This document shows, piece by piece, positions 28,401 through 37,622 of a stretch of 64,000 bases of DNA. A program made the position numbers and the translations under genes. The stretch is taken from assembly GCA_041500865.1 (NCBI GenBank), contig JBGQMY010000001.1:1-64000 (forward strand). Direction: 5' to 3'. The notes beneath the pieces are model-generated. The model searched no databases, was not told where the DNA came from, and saw nothing but the letters and a program-made list of their open reading frames with translations. How positions within the stretch are numbered: the stretch's first letter is position 1; each line of letters begins with the position of its first letter. This DNA is from Candidatus Micrarchaeia archaeon. Lineage in GTDB: Archaea; Micrarchaeota; Micrarchaeia; Anstonellales; J096.

Positions 28401-29411
28401 TCACTCCGGGCAAAGAAGGGCCATGATGGACAGCGATTCCCAATCCTCTTGCGGGGTGTTGGCGCATTGCGTCCAAACCTCTTGGTTTGAAAGCTTAAGG
28501 AGCGTATTCAGGGCATGGAAAAAGGCCTTGCCGTCGCTCTCATGCATGGCATGCAGCAGGTATCTTGAAGTTTCGTCGTTTTTGGCAAGCATGCCAAGAA
28601 TCACGCGCTTGATGTTAATCAGCACCCATAGCCCGTCCTGCCTTTTTGCCGAATACAAGAAGGGATAATATGTCTGCAGCTCTTTCATCTTACAGAGCGC
28701 GCAATCCAGTATGCATATTGACAGCACCGTTGAAAGGGCGTCCAGGGCCGCCTGCCTGTTGGGCGATGCGCAGGATGCGGCATATGCGCGCATCAGCCTG
28801 AGCCCATTAACTTCAAAAAGGACCGTTTTGCCGCCCTCAATATGATAATTAGCCTCAGGATGGCTGATGCCGATTCCGGAAATGTGCATCTTTCGCACAA
28901 GCGGGGCCAATGCCGGGTTCAGCTTATTTTCAGTTTCATCGCATTGACTGCAAAAGGCCTTGGCATGGCCAAAACTTTCCGAATCAGTTGGAGAATAAAG
29001 CATCCTGTAATACTGCTTCATGTTCTTGGCGCGCCTTGCCACAACGCCAGTCTCATCTGCAACAAAGTCGGAGTATGTCGCTGACATCATATGCCCGAAG
29101 CGCGAGAAGAGCCTTATCTCCTTGCATTCTGGGAAGTTTTCCGGGAACAGCGCCTTCGCAAGGCGCAGAGAGAAGAATTTCTGGAGGTGGTAGGCCGCGT
29201 CTGAAGGCGGCCATACTTTGTCGTACCCTTGCCTGATTGATATGGCAAATTCTTGACTCAGGAAAACATCATTGTGAAAGGGCTGGACGCGCTCAACCAG
29301 GTCCTTCTTGCCCGGACCCAGGCATATTCTCGAAACCCTTGCCTCGTCCCCCTTGCAAAGGGCCGTCCTTTTGCCAAGGCCGCGGACAGGCGGGGCTATC
29401 TTGACGCTCAT
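28401..29411 (-). CDS. Hypothetical protein (possible degenerate kinase-like fold)
   Basis: Start MSVKIAPP; HPEANY...VLFEV segment; no firm family. Confidence 0.5.
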   Translation of the reverse strand: MSVKIAPPVRGLGKRTALCKGDEARVSRICLGPGKKDLVERVQPFHNDVFLSQEFAISIRQGYDKVWPPSDAAYHLQKFFSLRLAKALFPENFPECKEIRLFSRFGHMMSATYSDFVADETGVVARRAKNMKQYYRMLYSPTDSESFGHAKAFCSQCDETENKLNPALAPLVRKMHISGIGISHPEANYHIEGGKTVLFEVNGLRLMRAYAASCASPNRQAALDALSTVLSICILDCALCKMKELQTYYPFLYSAKRQDGLWVLINIKRVILGMLAKNDETSRYLLHAMHESDGKAFFHALNTLLKLSNQEVWTQCANTPQEDWESLSIMALLCPE

Positions 29412-29600
29412 GTTATAAATAATGGTTAATAGTATTTTTAAATGGCATGGGACAGGGTCGTGTGAAGCATTATTACTAAAAAAACGCCTCACACAATGGA
29501 TATATACCTCTTAATTTCCATAATGCCCCAGAAAATCCCTTTTTGAGCCGTAATCCGCCGATACAAACATATTTAAACACGTTTATACATAAATATACAC

Positions 29601-31034
29601 ATGCAGAGCAAAGCCCTCATCTCCTTCGGCGGGCCATTCCCCTATGACAGGTCGTTCCGCGGCCAAGGCATAGTCCAAGGCGACCTAATCAAGGAGGCGG
29701 CCAGCCGGGGCATGAAATCCGTCGTAATATCCAAGTACCACGGGCACAGGGACCCGCTCCTGGAAAGGGCGGAGTCCATGCAGAACGTCATAGCGGAAAA
29801 GGCGTTCTGCAGCGAAATGGCGTTCATGTACAAGTCCGATTTCTGCGACGCAAAGAACAGGTGCAAGATGGGCATGCAGACCGGAAAGCCGGGCGCAATA
29901 GGGCACTGGGGCAGGTTCTATGGCATAAACCAGGTAAGGAGGCTCGCTGAAACGTATGGGCAGGTATATTACTTCATGCATTACTACAACTCCAGGTTCA
30001 TGGACGCGGAATACTTCTCAAGGCTTGTCAAGCATGAGAATCTTGGCAGTGCAATAAAGGCATATTACTTCATACATGTCGCCCCGGACCAGCTTGTTGA
30101 AAGCGAAAGGGACGGCGGCTGGATGCTAAAGCAGAACACCGGAGGCGCGGTGGAATCGCTGGTAAAGGCGATTGAGGAGGACTGCTTCAAGGCATTCATA
30201 GCAGTAAGCCAGGCTGCAAGGGACATGTGGATAGAGCTGATAAAGGCATTTGGATATAGCCATGAAACCGTGTCAGCGGCAGAAAAAAGGATAAGGGCGG
30301 TGCCCAACGGCATAGACGCCAACCTCTACGGCTCGTCGTCCCTATTGGATTCCTCTGCCCTTGAAAAGGAAAGGGCGAAGCTGGGGTTCGACCCTTCAGT
30401 AAGGAAAATAGTGCTTGTAATGACCAGGCCCAGCATATCAAAGGGCATAGACAGGATAGAGGGCATCCTTGAGGAATTCAACGATTCAACAGAGGCGAGG
30501 CTGAAAAAGATAGGGTTTCTCGTCACAATGCCAGAAACAGAAGGAACGGAACAGTTCCTTGGAAAAATCAGGCACATGTCAAACCTGGTGGACGGCAACA
30601 GGCTGAAGGTCACGCTGGACATATCAAAGATAGTCAGGAACAGGCCCGAGCTTCACGAGGAGCTTGACAACATCCAGACTCTCATGCCGTTAAGCTACCA
30701 GGACGACAGGTTCTACATAAAGCCGATAGGTTATCCGCTGACGTACGTTTCGGACGTTTTCCTGCACCTGCCGCATGCCGAGGCGTTCGGCCTTGTCGTT
30801 GCAGAGGCGCTGATGTCAGGCTGCGCTGTCGTGACCACAGATGCAGGGGGAATACCAGAGGTGACAAAAAACTCGGAAAACAGCGTGATGTTCGACCACA
30901 GAAGGATTGACAGGGGCATTGTGGTTGAGGCTGTTGCCGACATCGAAAAGCCGGCTGCGCCGAACGGCGCGTTTGTCGAGCAGTTCAGTTTAAAAAGACA
31001 ATTCGACAAGATAGTGGGTGATGGTAATGAATAG
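29601..31034 (+). CDS. GT-B/GT4 glycosyltransferase
   Basis: IAVS, VPNGID, KGID, EAFGLVVAEALMSG..VV.TDAGGIPE. Confidence 0.85.
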   Translation: MQSKALISFGGPFPYDRSFRGQGIVQGDLIKEAASRGMKSVVISKYHGHRDPLLERAESMQNVIAEKAFCSEMAFMYKSDFCDAKNRCKMGMQTGKPGAIGHWGRFYGINQVRRLAETYGQVYYFMHYYNSRFMDAEYFSRLVKHENLGSAIKAYYFIHVAPDQLVESERDGGWMLKQNTGGAVESLVKAIEEDCFKAFIAVSQAARDMWIELIKAFGYSHETVSAAEKRIRAVPNGIDANLYGSSSLLDSSALEKERAKLGFDPSVRKIVLVMTRPSISKGIDRIEGILEEFNDSTEARLKKIGFLVTMPETEGTEQFLGKIRHMSNLVDGNRLKVTLDISKIVRNRPELHEELDNIQTLMPLSYQDDRFYIKPIGYPLTYVSDVFLHLPHAEAFGLVVAEALMSGCAVVTTDAGGIPEVTKNSENSVMFDHRRIDRGIVVEAVADIEKPAAPNGAFVEQFSLKRQFDKIVGDGNE

Positions 31035-31608
31035 TGTGAATCCAAGCCTTGTGCATTACGGAATGAACAGGTATGTCTTCAGGCTGGACAGCAGAAGGAG
31101 AATAGAAATAAGGAAGATAGGCAACGATTCGATCCTGTTCAAGATAATGAGAAAAAACAGGGCAACAGGCGAAGGCAATGCCCAAAGCTACCTGTTCCGC
31201 ATGAAGGATATGGGTGAGGATGAAGAAAGCGACCTGAAAAGAATCATGACAAACGTAAACATGCTGGCAGACATGATAAAGCTGAAAACAGACAGGGGCG
31301 ACCAGGACGAGAAGTGGAAGAAGAAGCTCAATTTCTACCTGATGATACTCGGCCAGAGCAGCATGGCAGACAAGCACCTCAAGAGGATATACGAAAGGGA
31401 AGGCATAGCATACAGGAAAGAGGAGCTGCCCAGGATAAAGAGGCTTGTCATAAGGCTCTTCACCATACCCGAGCCTGAGCATGTGATTGCAAAGGCCGTT
31501 GAGAAAAAGATAAGCCTGAAGCCGGACGACGTGCCCAAAATCTGCTGGGGAATACACGCGTTCCAGCACGCGCTGGACGAGATAAGGGAAGGCAAAAGGA
31601 TTTACTGA
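31018..31608 (+). CDS. Hypothetical basic protein
   Basis: 196-aa ORF overlapping glycosyltransferase end, host-like codon usage. Confidence 0.6.
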   Translation: MMVMNSVNPSLVHYGMNRYVFRLDSRRRIEIRKIGNDSILFKIMRKNRATGEGNAQSYLFRMKDMGEDEESDLKRIMTNVNMLADMIKLKTDRGDQDEKWKKKLNFYLMILGQSSMADKHLKRIYEREGIAYRKEELPRIKRLVIRLFTIPEPEHVIAKAVEKKISLKPDDVPKICWGIHAFQHALDEIREGKRIY

Positions 31609-31653
31609 TTGCAAAATCATTAGCTTTTTAAGGGTTTAACTTCAATTCTGCTT

Positions 31654-31696
31654 ATGGCAAACATTCACGATAACAGGGGATACCGTGGCGGCAGGC
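31654..31696 (+). repeat. 43-bp direct repeat copy 1 (duplicate of the nop5 5' end)
   Basis: ATGGCAAACATTCACGATAACAGGGGATACCGTGGCGGCAGGC identical to 35754-35796. Confidence 0.95.
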
Positions 31697-32035
31697 GACA
31701 GCGGCAGGATTGCGAGGCTCCTGAGGCTCGGCGCCGACGTTTGGGCAAGGGACAATCTAGGCTTTACCGCACTCATGTGCGCCTCATTTGATGGGCACAT
31801 CAGCATCTGCGCGCTGCTGCTTGAAAGGCTCGCGCAGGCAGGCGGGGACACAAGAAAGTATATCGAGACTGTGATAGAGGAAGGCATCCATAAGGGATGG
31901 GCTGCATTCACATATGCCGAATATAATCACAGGAAGCCGGCCAAGTTTCTAAAGGCGGCTCCGTTGCTTGCCGAGTCGATGGGAAACGCGGATTTCGCCA
32001 AGTTCCTTTCAGGCTTCAGGGAATGCATGGGCTGA
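31685..32035 (+). pseudogene. 5'-truncated ankyrin-repeat gene joined out of frame to the nop5 duplicate
   Basis: Begins mid-repeat (AAGDSGRIARLLRLGAD), GFTALMCA; tail FLSGFRECMG; the nop5-copy frame stops at 31791. Confidence 0.65.
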
Positions 32036-32133
32036 TAATAGTCACAGAATCAAGATATGTTATAAAAATGTCAAAGAAGACGATATTTCTCAAATTTATA
32101 TAGGTTACTTTTATAAATTATAATAAGTATTAA

Positions 32134-32493
32134 ATGGTCGGTGATTACATGGAAGATATAGAAGAAACTCCAGAGTCAATTACAGTTTCAGATTCTTATT
32201 CTTTTAAACTTTATCACGGAAGCAAAAAGAAATATTTACTAAAGGGAACAGGTAATGACAACGTTCAAAAAAGAATTTCAAGGAAACCATATGGTGCGCA
32301 TGGTGCAATCCACCTAGTTATGGTAAAAGGAAAGTATGTTCATATCGATTGCAAAAACAAGGGATGCGGTAACAACTGGACAATGGAAAAAAATGGGAAG
32401 AATTATACTAACTTTTTTAGTGTGGAAAAAGAAGCATCTGGTATTGATTTGATTAAGTGCAAGAAATGTGGTGCTGAACACGAAAGTGGTTGA
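32134..32493 (+). CDS. AT-rich small Zn-ribbon-like protein
   Basis: CKNKGC ... CKKCG cysteine pairs. Confidence 0.6.
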   Translation: MVGDYMEDIEETPESITVSDSYSFKLYHGSKKKYLLKGTGNDNVQKRISRKPYGAHGAIHLVMVKGKYVHIDCKNKGCGNNWTMEKNGKNYTNFFSVEKEASGIDLIKCKKCGAEHESG

Positions 32494-32527
32494 TCCGAGA
32501 TAGAGTAATAATGCAGCGACAAAAGAT

Positions 32528-32971
32528 TCAATCTTTTATTTTATAAACTTCAAAACCTTCTGCCAAAGCAACTTCTTTTAGATACTTATCCGCTGATGCA
32601 AATATTAGTTCATTGTGATTTTTCTTAGCTTCCAAGGCGCAAGCCAATTGCATTGCATCGAAAGATTCTAATTTTGCGTATTTTTCCATAAGCTGAACGC
32701 TTTTTTCCAATATTTCCTTAGTTATCTTTACTGTATTAAAGGATCTATATTCAACTAAAAAAGCATTTATATCGTTATGCTTCTTCGTCAGATTTGTTAT
32801 TATTTCGTATGGCAAAAGGGATGAAATTATTACATTTTTAATGCCGCTGGATGCCTTTCCGTCAGATGATTCATTTAATATGGTCCAATATAAATTATTC
32901 ATTTCGTTCGTACACTGCTCTTGCCTGAATATACCAAACAATGCGCTGGTGTCACAGAAATAGTACTTCAT
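32528..32971 (-). CDS. PIN-domain (VapC-like) ribonuclease
   Basis: YFCDTSAL, E, FDAMQLACA, SAD..L..VA..EG. Confidence 0.85.
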   Translation of the reverse strand: MKYYFCDTSALFGIFRQEQCTNEMNNLYWTILNESSDGKASSGIKNVIISSLLPYEIITNLTKKHNDINAFLVEYRSFNTVKITKEILEKSVQLMEKYAKLESFDAMQLACALEAKKNHNELIFASADKYLKEVALAEGFEVYKIKD

Positions 32972-35667
32972 TCTAGGCTTTCCTCTATTATTTTCCTTTC
33001 TTCATCCGTAATGTCATACAATTTATAGACTTCTTCATCAATTTCATTATCTAATTTTTGGATTTCTTTTTCAAGACGAATTTTTTCGTCGGTTTGCTTG
33101 TCTGATAATAATACAAATTTTTTTGCAAGACTAAGTCTATTATCAATTAATTTAATGATAATTTGCCTATTTGAATCAATAACTACGGGTAGTATATCTA
33201 GAAATTCGCTCCGATATCTCATATATCCTCCGCCCATATGCATTCCACCAAAAAGTACATTATATACAAAAGAAAGTAATTTACTATTTAATATACCCAA
33301 TATGTATTTCAGTTCAATATCTTTAATTAAGGTGGCAAAGTAGACACCTCCTTGAGGAATTCTCTTGTCAAAATCAATAGTTGCACTAATCGTTAAAGCA
33401 TCTTCCGCAATAATTAATTTATCTTTAAAAGAATTCAGGAGCCGTTCAGACTTTTCTCCTGCAACAGTCATCAAATGATGTTTGCTAATATATGTGCCCT
33501 CCCTGATAGGGCCCCATTTTTCAAATTGATACTGTTTAACAATACCAAAATCATTCTTCTGTTTTTCTTCATAATCCACAGGAATTCTGAATCCTTCTGA
33601 TATCTGTAAAATATCTGACAGTTTCCCATTTTGACTCTCAAGTTTTAAAACTAAATTTATTGCTTTCTGGTTTGAGTTTATAGGAAATACTTTATAAGGA
33701 ACAATAGAAAGATCATTGTTCTTTATATTAGATATTTCAAATTTGTTATTCAAAAAATATGCCAAATTTCTGATAAATCCTAACTTTAAATTTTTTAATT
33801 TTTCGCCTTTCCGTATGAGTATAATTACAGGGTAGTTGCTAGCGTCTTTAAAAATATCCAAATGACTAACACTTAATATTGAACAATCTTCAGAAGAATT
33901 CAGTAATAATTCCCGCAATTTTTTTGCTGAGGCAGCAGCACAAAATTTATTTGGAAGTATAAATCCGAGATACCCTCCTTTCTTTATTAATTTAAGAGAT
34001 TGCTCAATAAAAAGATAATAAAGGTCGTATTTTCCTTCGGAAACAATAAACTCATCTTTCCAAAATTCCTTATCTTCTTTATCTAAACTATCAACTCTGA
34101 CATACGGCGGATTACCAATCACCACGTCAAACCCATACCCTTCTTTCAGATTGCCGTTTTCGTCGTATTGTATGGTGTCCGGGAACTGCTCGTCCCAATT
34201 GAGCGGCTTCTTGTCATCCCACTTTTCGCCGAAGTATTTCTTCAGCTCCTCTTCCTTCCCGGAAATCAGCGAATTGCCGTTCTTTATGTTCCCGGAAAGC
34301 AGGGGGAACATTCCTCTTTTCCGCGAAGTTTCAACCGCCTTAAGCAACAGGTTAAGCTCGGATATCTCAATGGCCTTTTTGTCAAGGTCTACGCCGTGTA
34401 TGTTCTTGGTCAGAATCATGTGGGCATTGCGCGATATGTCCTCCGTCAGCATCCCGCTGTCCCCGCCGTACGCCTTCCTGTACGCATCCGCGAACATCCC
34501 ATAGGCGCGTATCAGGAACGAGCCCGAGCCGCATGCCGGGTCAAGCACCTTTATCTTCTGCAGTTTCTCAGGTGTGTCTGCGCCCTTCAAGACCTCGCCA
34601 AGCGTGTTTTTGACAATATAATCGACAATGTAACGGGGCGTGTAATAAATGCCCATTTCCTTCCTGTTGGCCTCTTTTGCCACCAAACGGCCGCTTTCAC
34701 GCAATATCGTGGCAAGGTACTGCTCATATATCCCGCCCAGGACATCAACGTCTATGGCTGAAAAATCCCATTTATAAAGGCCGTCCTCTCCGTCTATGAG
34801 CTTCTCGACCACGGCATCGTCAATGTACATTTCCCCGGCAAAGTGGGGCGAAAACAGGTCACTGTCGTACCATTCTATGAAATCGTCAAAAACCTCCCTT
34901 AGGTGGCGCATGAGCTTCTTTTTCCCGTTTTCCCTCCATATGCGCACGGATTCCCGAAGCCGCTCATTCTCTATCCCAAGGCCCTCGCAGGTCCTTATGA
35001 ACACGAAGCGGTTAAGCAGCTTCTGGACGCCCTCATCCACCTGCTCCTTGGAAAGCTTGTTGAGCCTGCTGTGCTCCATGATGTTGTTGGAAAGCGCCTT
35101 CCTCCATGCCATCAGGTCGTTAAGGAGCGCCTTGCCCACCGGCTCAGGCTTTATCTTCTTTCCCACCTTTTCAGCATAAGTGTCTATCTCATTGGAGGCA
35201 AACGCCTCCTTTCCAAGGAGCAGCAGTTCGCCAAGCCGTGAGACATAGTCATCCAGCGTGAATTTAAGGAACCGGCTGTCCTTGTTGTATTTTGCTTCGG
35301 CATTGTAGATAATCAGTTCCCTGAAGTTTGTCAGGACTGCCCATGGAACTGACTTGTAATAGGCATAATCAACCGACTGCTCCGCTTCCTTTTCCTCAAG
35401 CTCGACATTCACTGCCTTCGCCTCAAGGAAGAACTTAAAGACCCCGGAAACCATGAAGGCATAGTCTGCCCTTGTGCGCAGGACATTGGACTCCATGGAG
35501 ACTTCCCCAAGATCCTTCATATTCCAGCCAAGAGCCTCAAGAAGGGGCTCTATAAAAACCCTTTTTGTGTCGGGCTCCCCAAGGCCCTTTAGCATCCCCC
35601 TTGCCTCATATCCCTTATATTTTGAGACAAGCTCGGATATCTTGGCCTTTGCCGCTTCCGTATCCAT
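32968..35667 (-). CDS. Type IIG-like fused restriction-modification enzyme (nuclease + N6-adenine MTase + TRD)
   Basis: E.DT...IEPLLEALGW, RADY..FLEAK, TNFRE; GIYYTP, DPACGSGSFL, NPPY; TaqI-C-like tail. Confidence 0.9.
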   Translation of the reverse strand: MDTEAAKAKISELVSKYKGYEARGMLKGLGEPDTKRVFIEPLLEALGWNMKDLGEVSMESNVLRTRADYAFMVSGVFKFFLEAKAVNVELEEKEAEQSVDYAYYKSVPWAVLTNFRELIIYNAEAKYNKDSRFLKFTLDDYVSRLGELLLLGKEAFASNEIDTYAEKVGKKIKPEPVGKALLNDLMAWRKALSNNIMEHSRLNKLSKEQVDEGVQKLLNRFVFIRTCEGLGIENERLRESVRIWRENGKKKLMRHLREVFDDFIEWYDSDLFSPHFAGEMYIDDAVVEKLIDGEDGLYKWDFSAIDVDVLGGIYEQYLATILRESGRLVAKEANRKEMGIYYTPRYIVDYIVKNTLGEVLKGADTPEKLQKIKVLDPACGSGSFLIRAYGMFADAYRKAYGGDSGMLTEDISRNAHMILTKNIHGVDLDKKAIEISELNLLLKAVETSRKRGMFPLLSGNIKNGNSLISGKEEELKKYFGEKWDDKKPLNWDEQFPDTIQYDENGNLKEGYGFDVVIGNPPYVRVDSLDKEDKEFWKDEFIVSEGKYDLYYLFIEQSLKLIKKGGYLGFILPNKFCAAASAKKLRELLLNSSEDCSILSVSHLDIFKDASNYPVIILIRKGEKLKNLKLGFIRNLAYFLNNKFEISNIKNNDLSIVPYKVFPINSNQKAINLVLKLESQNGKLSDILQISEGFRIPVDYEEKQKNDFGIVKQYQFEKWGPIREGTYISKHHLMTVAGEKSERLLNSFKDKLIIAEDALTISATIDFDKRIPQGGVYFATLIKDIELKYILGILNSKLLSFVYNVLFGGMHMGGGYMRYRSEFLDILPVVIDSNRQIIIKLIDNRLSLAKKFVLLSDKQTDEKIRLEKEIQKLDNEIDEEVYKLYDITDEERKIIEESLE

Positions 35668-35753
35668 AGAACCAGTATATTCTCAAACAATTATAAACCT
35701 TGCCAAGAGAACCCATCCCTCAGGTTTATAAGCATTTAACCTAAACTACGTTC

Positions 35754-35796
35754 ATGGCAAACATTCACGATAACAGGGGATACCGTGGCGGCAGGC
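35754..35796 (+). repeat. 43-bp direct repeat copy 2
   Basis: Identical to 31654-31696, exactly 4100 bp downstream. Confidence 0.95.
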
Positions 35797-36647
35797 ATTA
35801 CGGCGGAAAGCCCAGCGGAGGCTTTGGAAGGGACGGGGGCCGGTTCGGGGGAGGCCAGGGCGGAGGCAGCAACCTCAGGGAAAAGTTCATGCACAGGGCA
35901 CGCAAGAAGTTCGAGGAGTTCAGGGCAAGGGAAGATTTATTCTTAATGGAAGTGGACAGGGCCATTGACGACCTGGACAAGATGATAAACCTCATCGGCG
36001 AAAGGCTTGAGGAATGGATGGCATTCTACATAAGCGGCATAAGGCTGGGCGAAAAGGCCAAGCTGGCAAAGCTGACAATACTCATAGCAGACAAGAAGGA
36101 CATAACAAAAGAGGATCTCAACGCATTCCTCAGCGAGAAGGAGACTGAAGCGGTCTTTGAAAAGCTGGGGCAAAGGACAAAGGAGGTCAAGGAAAAGGAC
36201 CTCATTTACATGAAGAAATACGCGGAAATGCTGCTGAAGATGGTTGAGCTTAACGAGTTTTACGCGAACGAGATTGACGCACTGGCGAACAGGATTGCGC
36301 CGAACGCGACATACCTCGTGGGCGGAAAGGTCGTCGCGAAGATGATTACGCTGGCAAAGGGCCTTGACAGGCTGGCAAAGATGCCATCCAGCACCGTCCA
36401 GCTGCTTGGCGCCGAGAAGGCGCTGTTCAATTACCTGAAGATGGGAAAGAAGGGCGACCCGCCAAAGCACGGCGTCATACTTTTCTCGCCCCAGGTTTCC
36501 GGCGTAAGGAAGGAATACAGGGGCAGGATGGCAAGGACGCTTGCTGCTAAGCTTTCAATAGCGTTCAGGGTTGACGACGCAAAAGGCGAGTTCTACGGCA
36601 AGCAGCTGAAGGAAGCGATAGACAGGAGAATGAAGGAACTGATTTAG
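35754..36647 (+). CDS. nop5: Nop5 (Nop56/58) box C/D sRNP protein with RGG-rich N-terminus
   Basis: IAPN, LAKMPSSTVQLLGAEKALF, PPKHGVI, RGRMARTLAAKLSIAFRVD. Confidence 0.92.
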   Translation: MANIHDNRGYRGGRHYGGKPSGGFGRDGGRFGGGQGGGSNLREKFMHRARKKFEEFRAREDLFLMEVDRAIDDLDKMINLIGERLEEWMAFYISGIRLGEKAKLAKLTILIADKKDITKEDLNAFLSEKETEAVFEKLGQRTKEVKEKDLIYMKKYAEMLLKMVELNEFYANEIDALANRIAPNATYLVGGKVVAKMITLAKGLDRLAKMPSSTVQLLGAEKALFNYLKMGKKGDPPKHGVILFSPQVSGVRKEYRGRMARTLAAKLSIAFRVDDAKGEFYGKQLKEAIDRRMKELI

Positions 36648-36649
36648 GG

Positions 36650-37246
36650 ATGAGATTACTGTTCGTCTCTGACTTGCACGGAAGCGTTGAAGCGCTCAAT
36701 GCGATAAAAAGGGCGGATTACGGCGCGCTGGTCATAGCCGGGGACATCCAGTATGCTGACTGCGCCAGGGAAGTCGCAAAACTAAAAAACGTTTATTTTG
36801 TGCCTGGGAATATGGACACAGAACCGGTCCTTGATGCAATGAAAGGCAAAAATATACACGGCAAAACTGTCAAGATTGGAAAGATAAAGGTTGCTGGCTT
36901 TGGCTTTGCCCCTCCTGGGCCGTTCCACACGCCAGGCGAGATAAGCGAGGAAAGCATTGCAGAAGGGCTGTCAAGGCTGGAAATTGACGACGATACGGTG
37001 CTTGTCACGCATGCCCCGCCTTACGGGATACTGGACAAATCCGATGGAGGCCGTGCAGGAAGCAAGAGCATAAGAAATTTCGTTCTCGCAAAAAAGCCGT
37101 TCATGCATGTTTTCGGCCATATACACGAGGCAAGCGGAAGCGTGCGCAAAGGAAACACCAATTTCGTGAAACTCCCTCCCGCATACTCGCTAAAGGGTGC
37201 ATATCTTGATGATGAAACAAGGCAGTACATACTCTCTCTCATTTGA
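36650..37246 (+). CDS. Calcineurin-like metallophosphoesterase
   Basis: SDLHG, AGD, PGNMD, THAPP, FGHIHE. Confidence 0.9.
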   Translation: MRLLFVSDLHGSVEALNAIKRADYGALVIAGDIQYADCAREVAKLKNVYFVPGNMDTEPVLDAMKGKNIHGKTVKIGKIKVAGFGFAPPGPFHTPGEISEESIAEGLSRLEIDDDTVLVTHAPPYGILDKSDGGRAGSKSIRNFVLAKKPFMHVFGHIHEASGSVRKGNTNFVKLPPAYSLKGAYLDDETRQYILSLI

Positions 37247-37622
37247 GAGAGCAGCCTTCACGGAACTCAGGGACATGGTAGAGCGCATCTTCCCGGATTG
37301 CCTTGTGACTGCGGAGAAGGGCGACGCCCTTTTCAGGGCCTATCTCATTTCCGGCACAATGGGGTTTGTCCACATAGGCATGAGGGACGGCGGATGGAGA
37401 ATCGTTGGCATAGGCGTAAAGGAAGGCTCCAGGGGCAATGGATATGGAACGCGCATCCTGGATTTTGCGATAGACCTGATTAGGAGGATGGGCGGGCACA
37501 GGATAACGGTCTTGGTCGACAGGAACAATGCAACAGCCATAAGGATGTACGCCAGGGCCGGCTTCAGGCTTGCCGGAAAGCACAAGAGCAGGCTCAGGAT
37601 GGCGCTTGTGCTGAACAACTAG
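37197..37622 (+). CDS. GNAT acetyltransferase (RimI-like); start uncertain
   Basis: IGV....RGNGYG, N..AIRMY..AGF. Confidence 0.75.
   Translation: MHILMMKQGSTYSLSFERAAFTELRDMVERIFPDCLVTAEKGDALFRAYLISGTMGFVHIGMRDGGWRIVGIGVKEGSRGNGYGTRILDFAIDLIRRMGGHRITVLVDRNNATAIRMYARAGFRLAGKHKSRLRMALVLNN

Noticed and set aside
31654..31791. 45-codon ORF from the duplicated nop5 start as a functional gene
   Set aside because: Only the first 14 codons are nop5; the rest is out-of-frame ankyrin sequence
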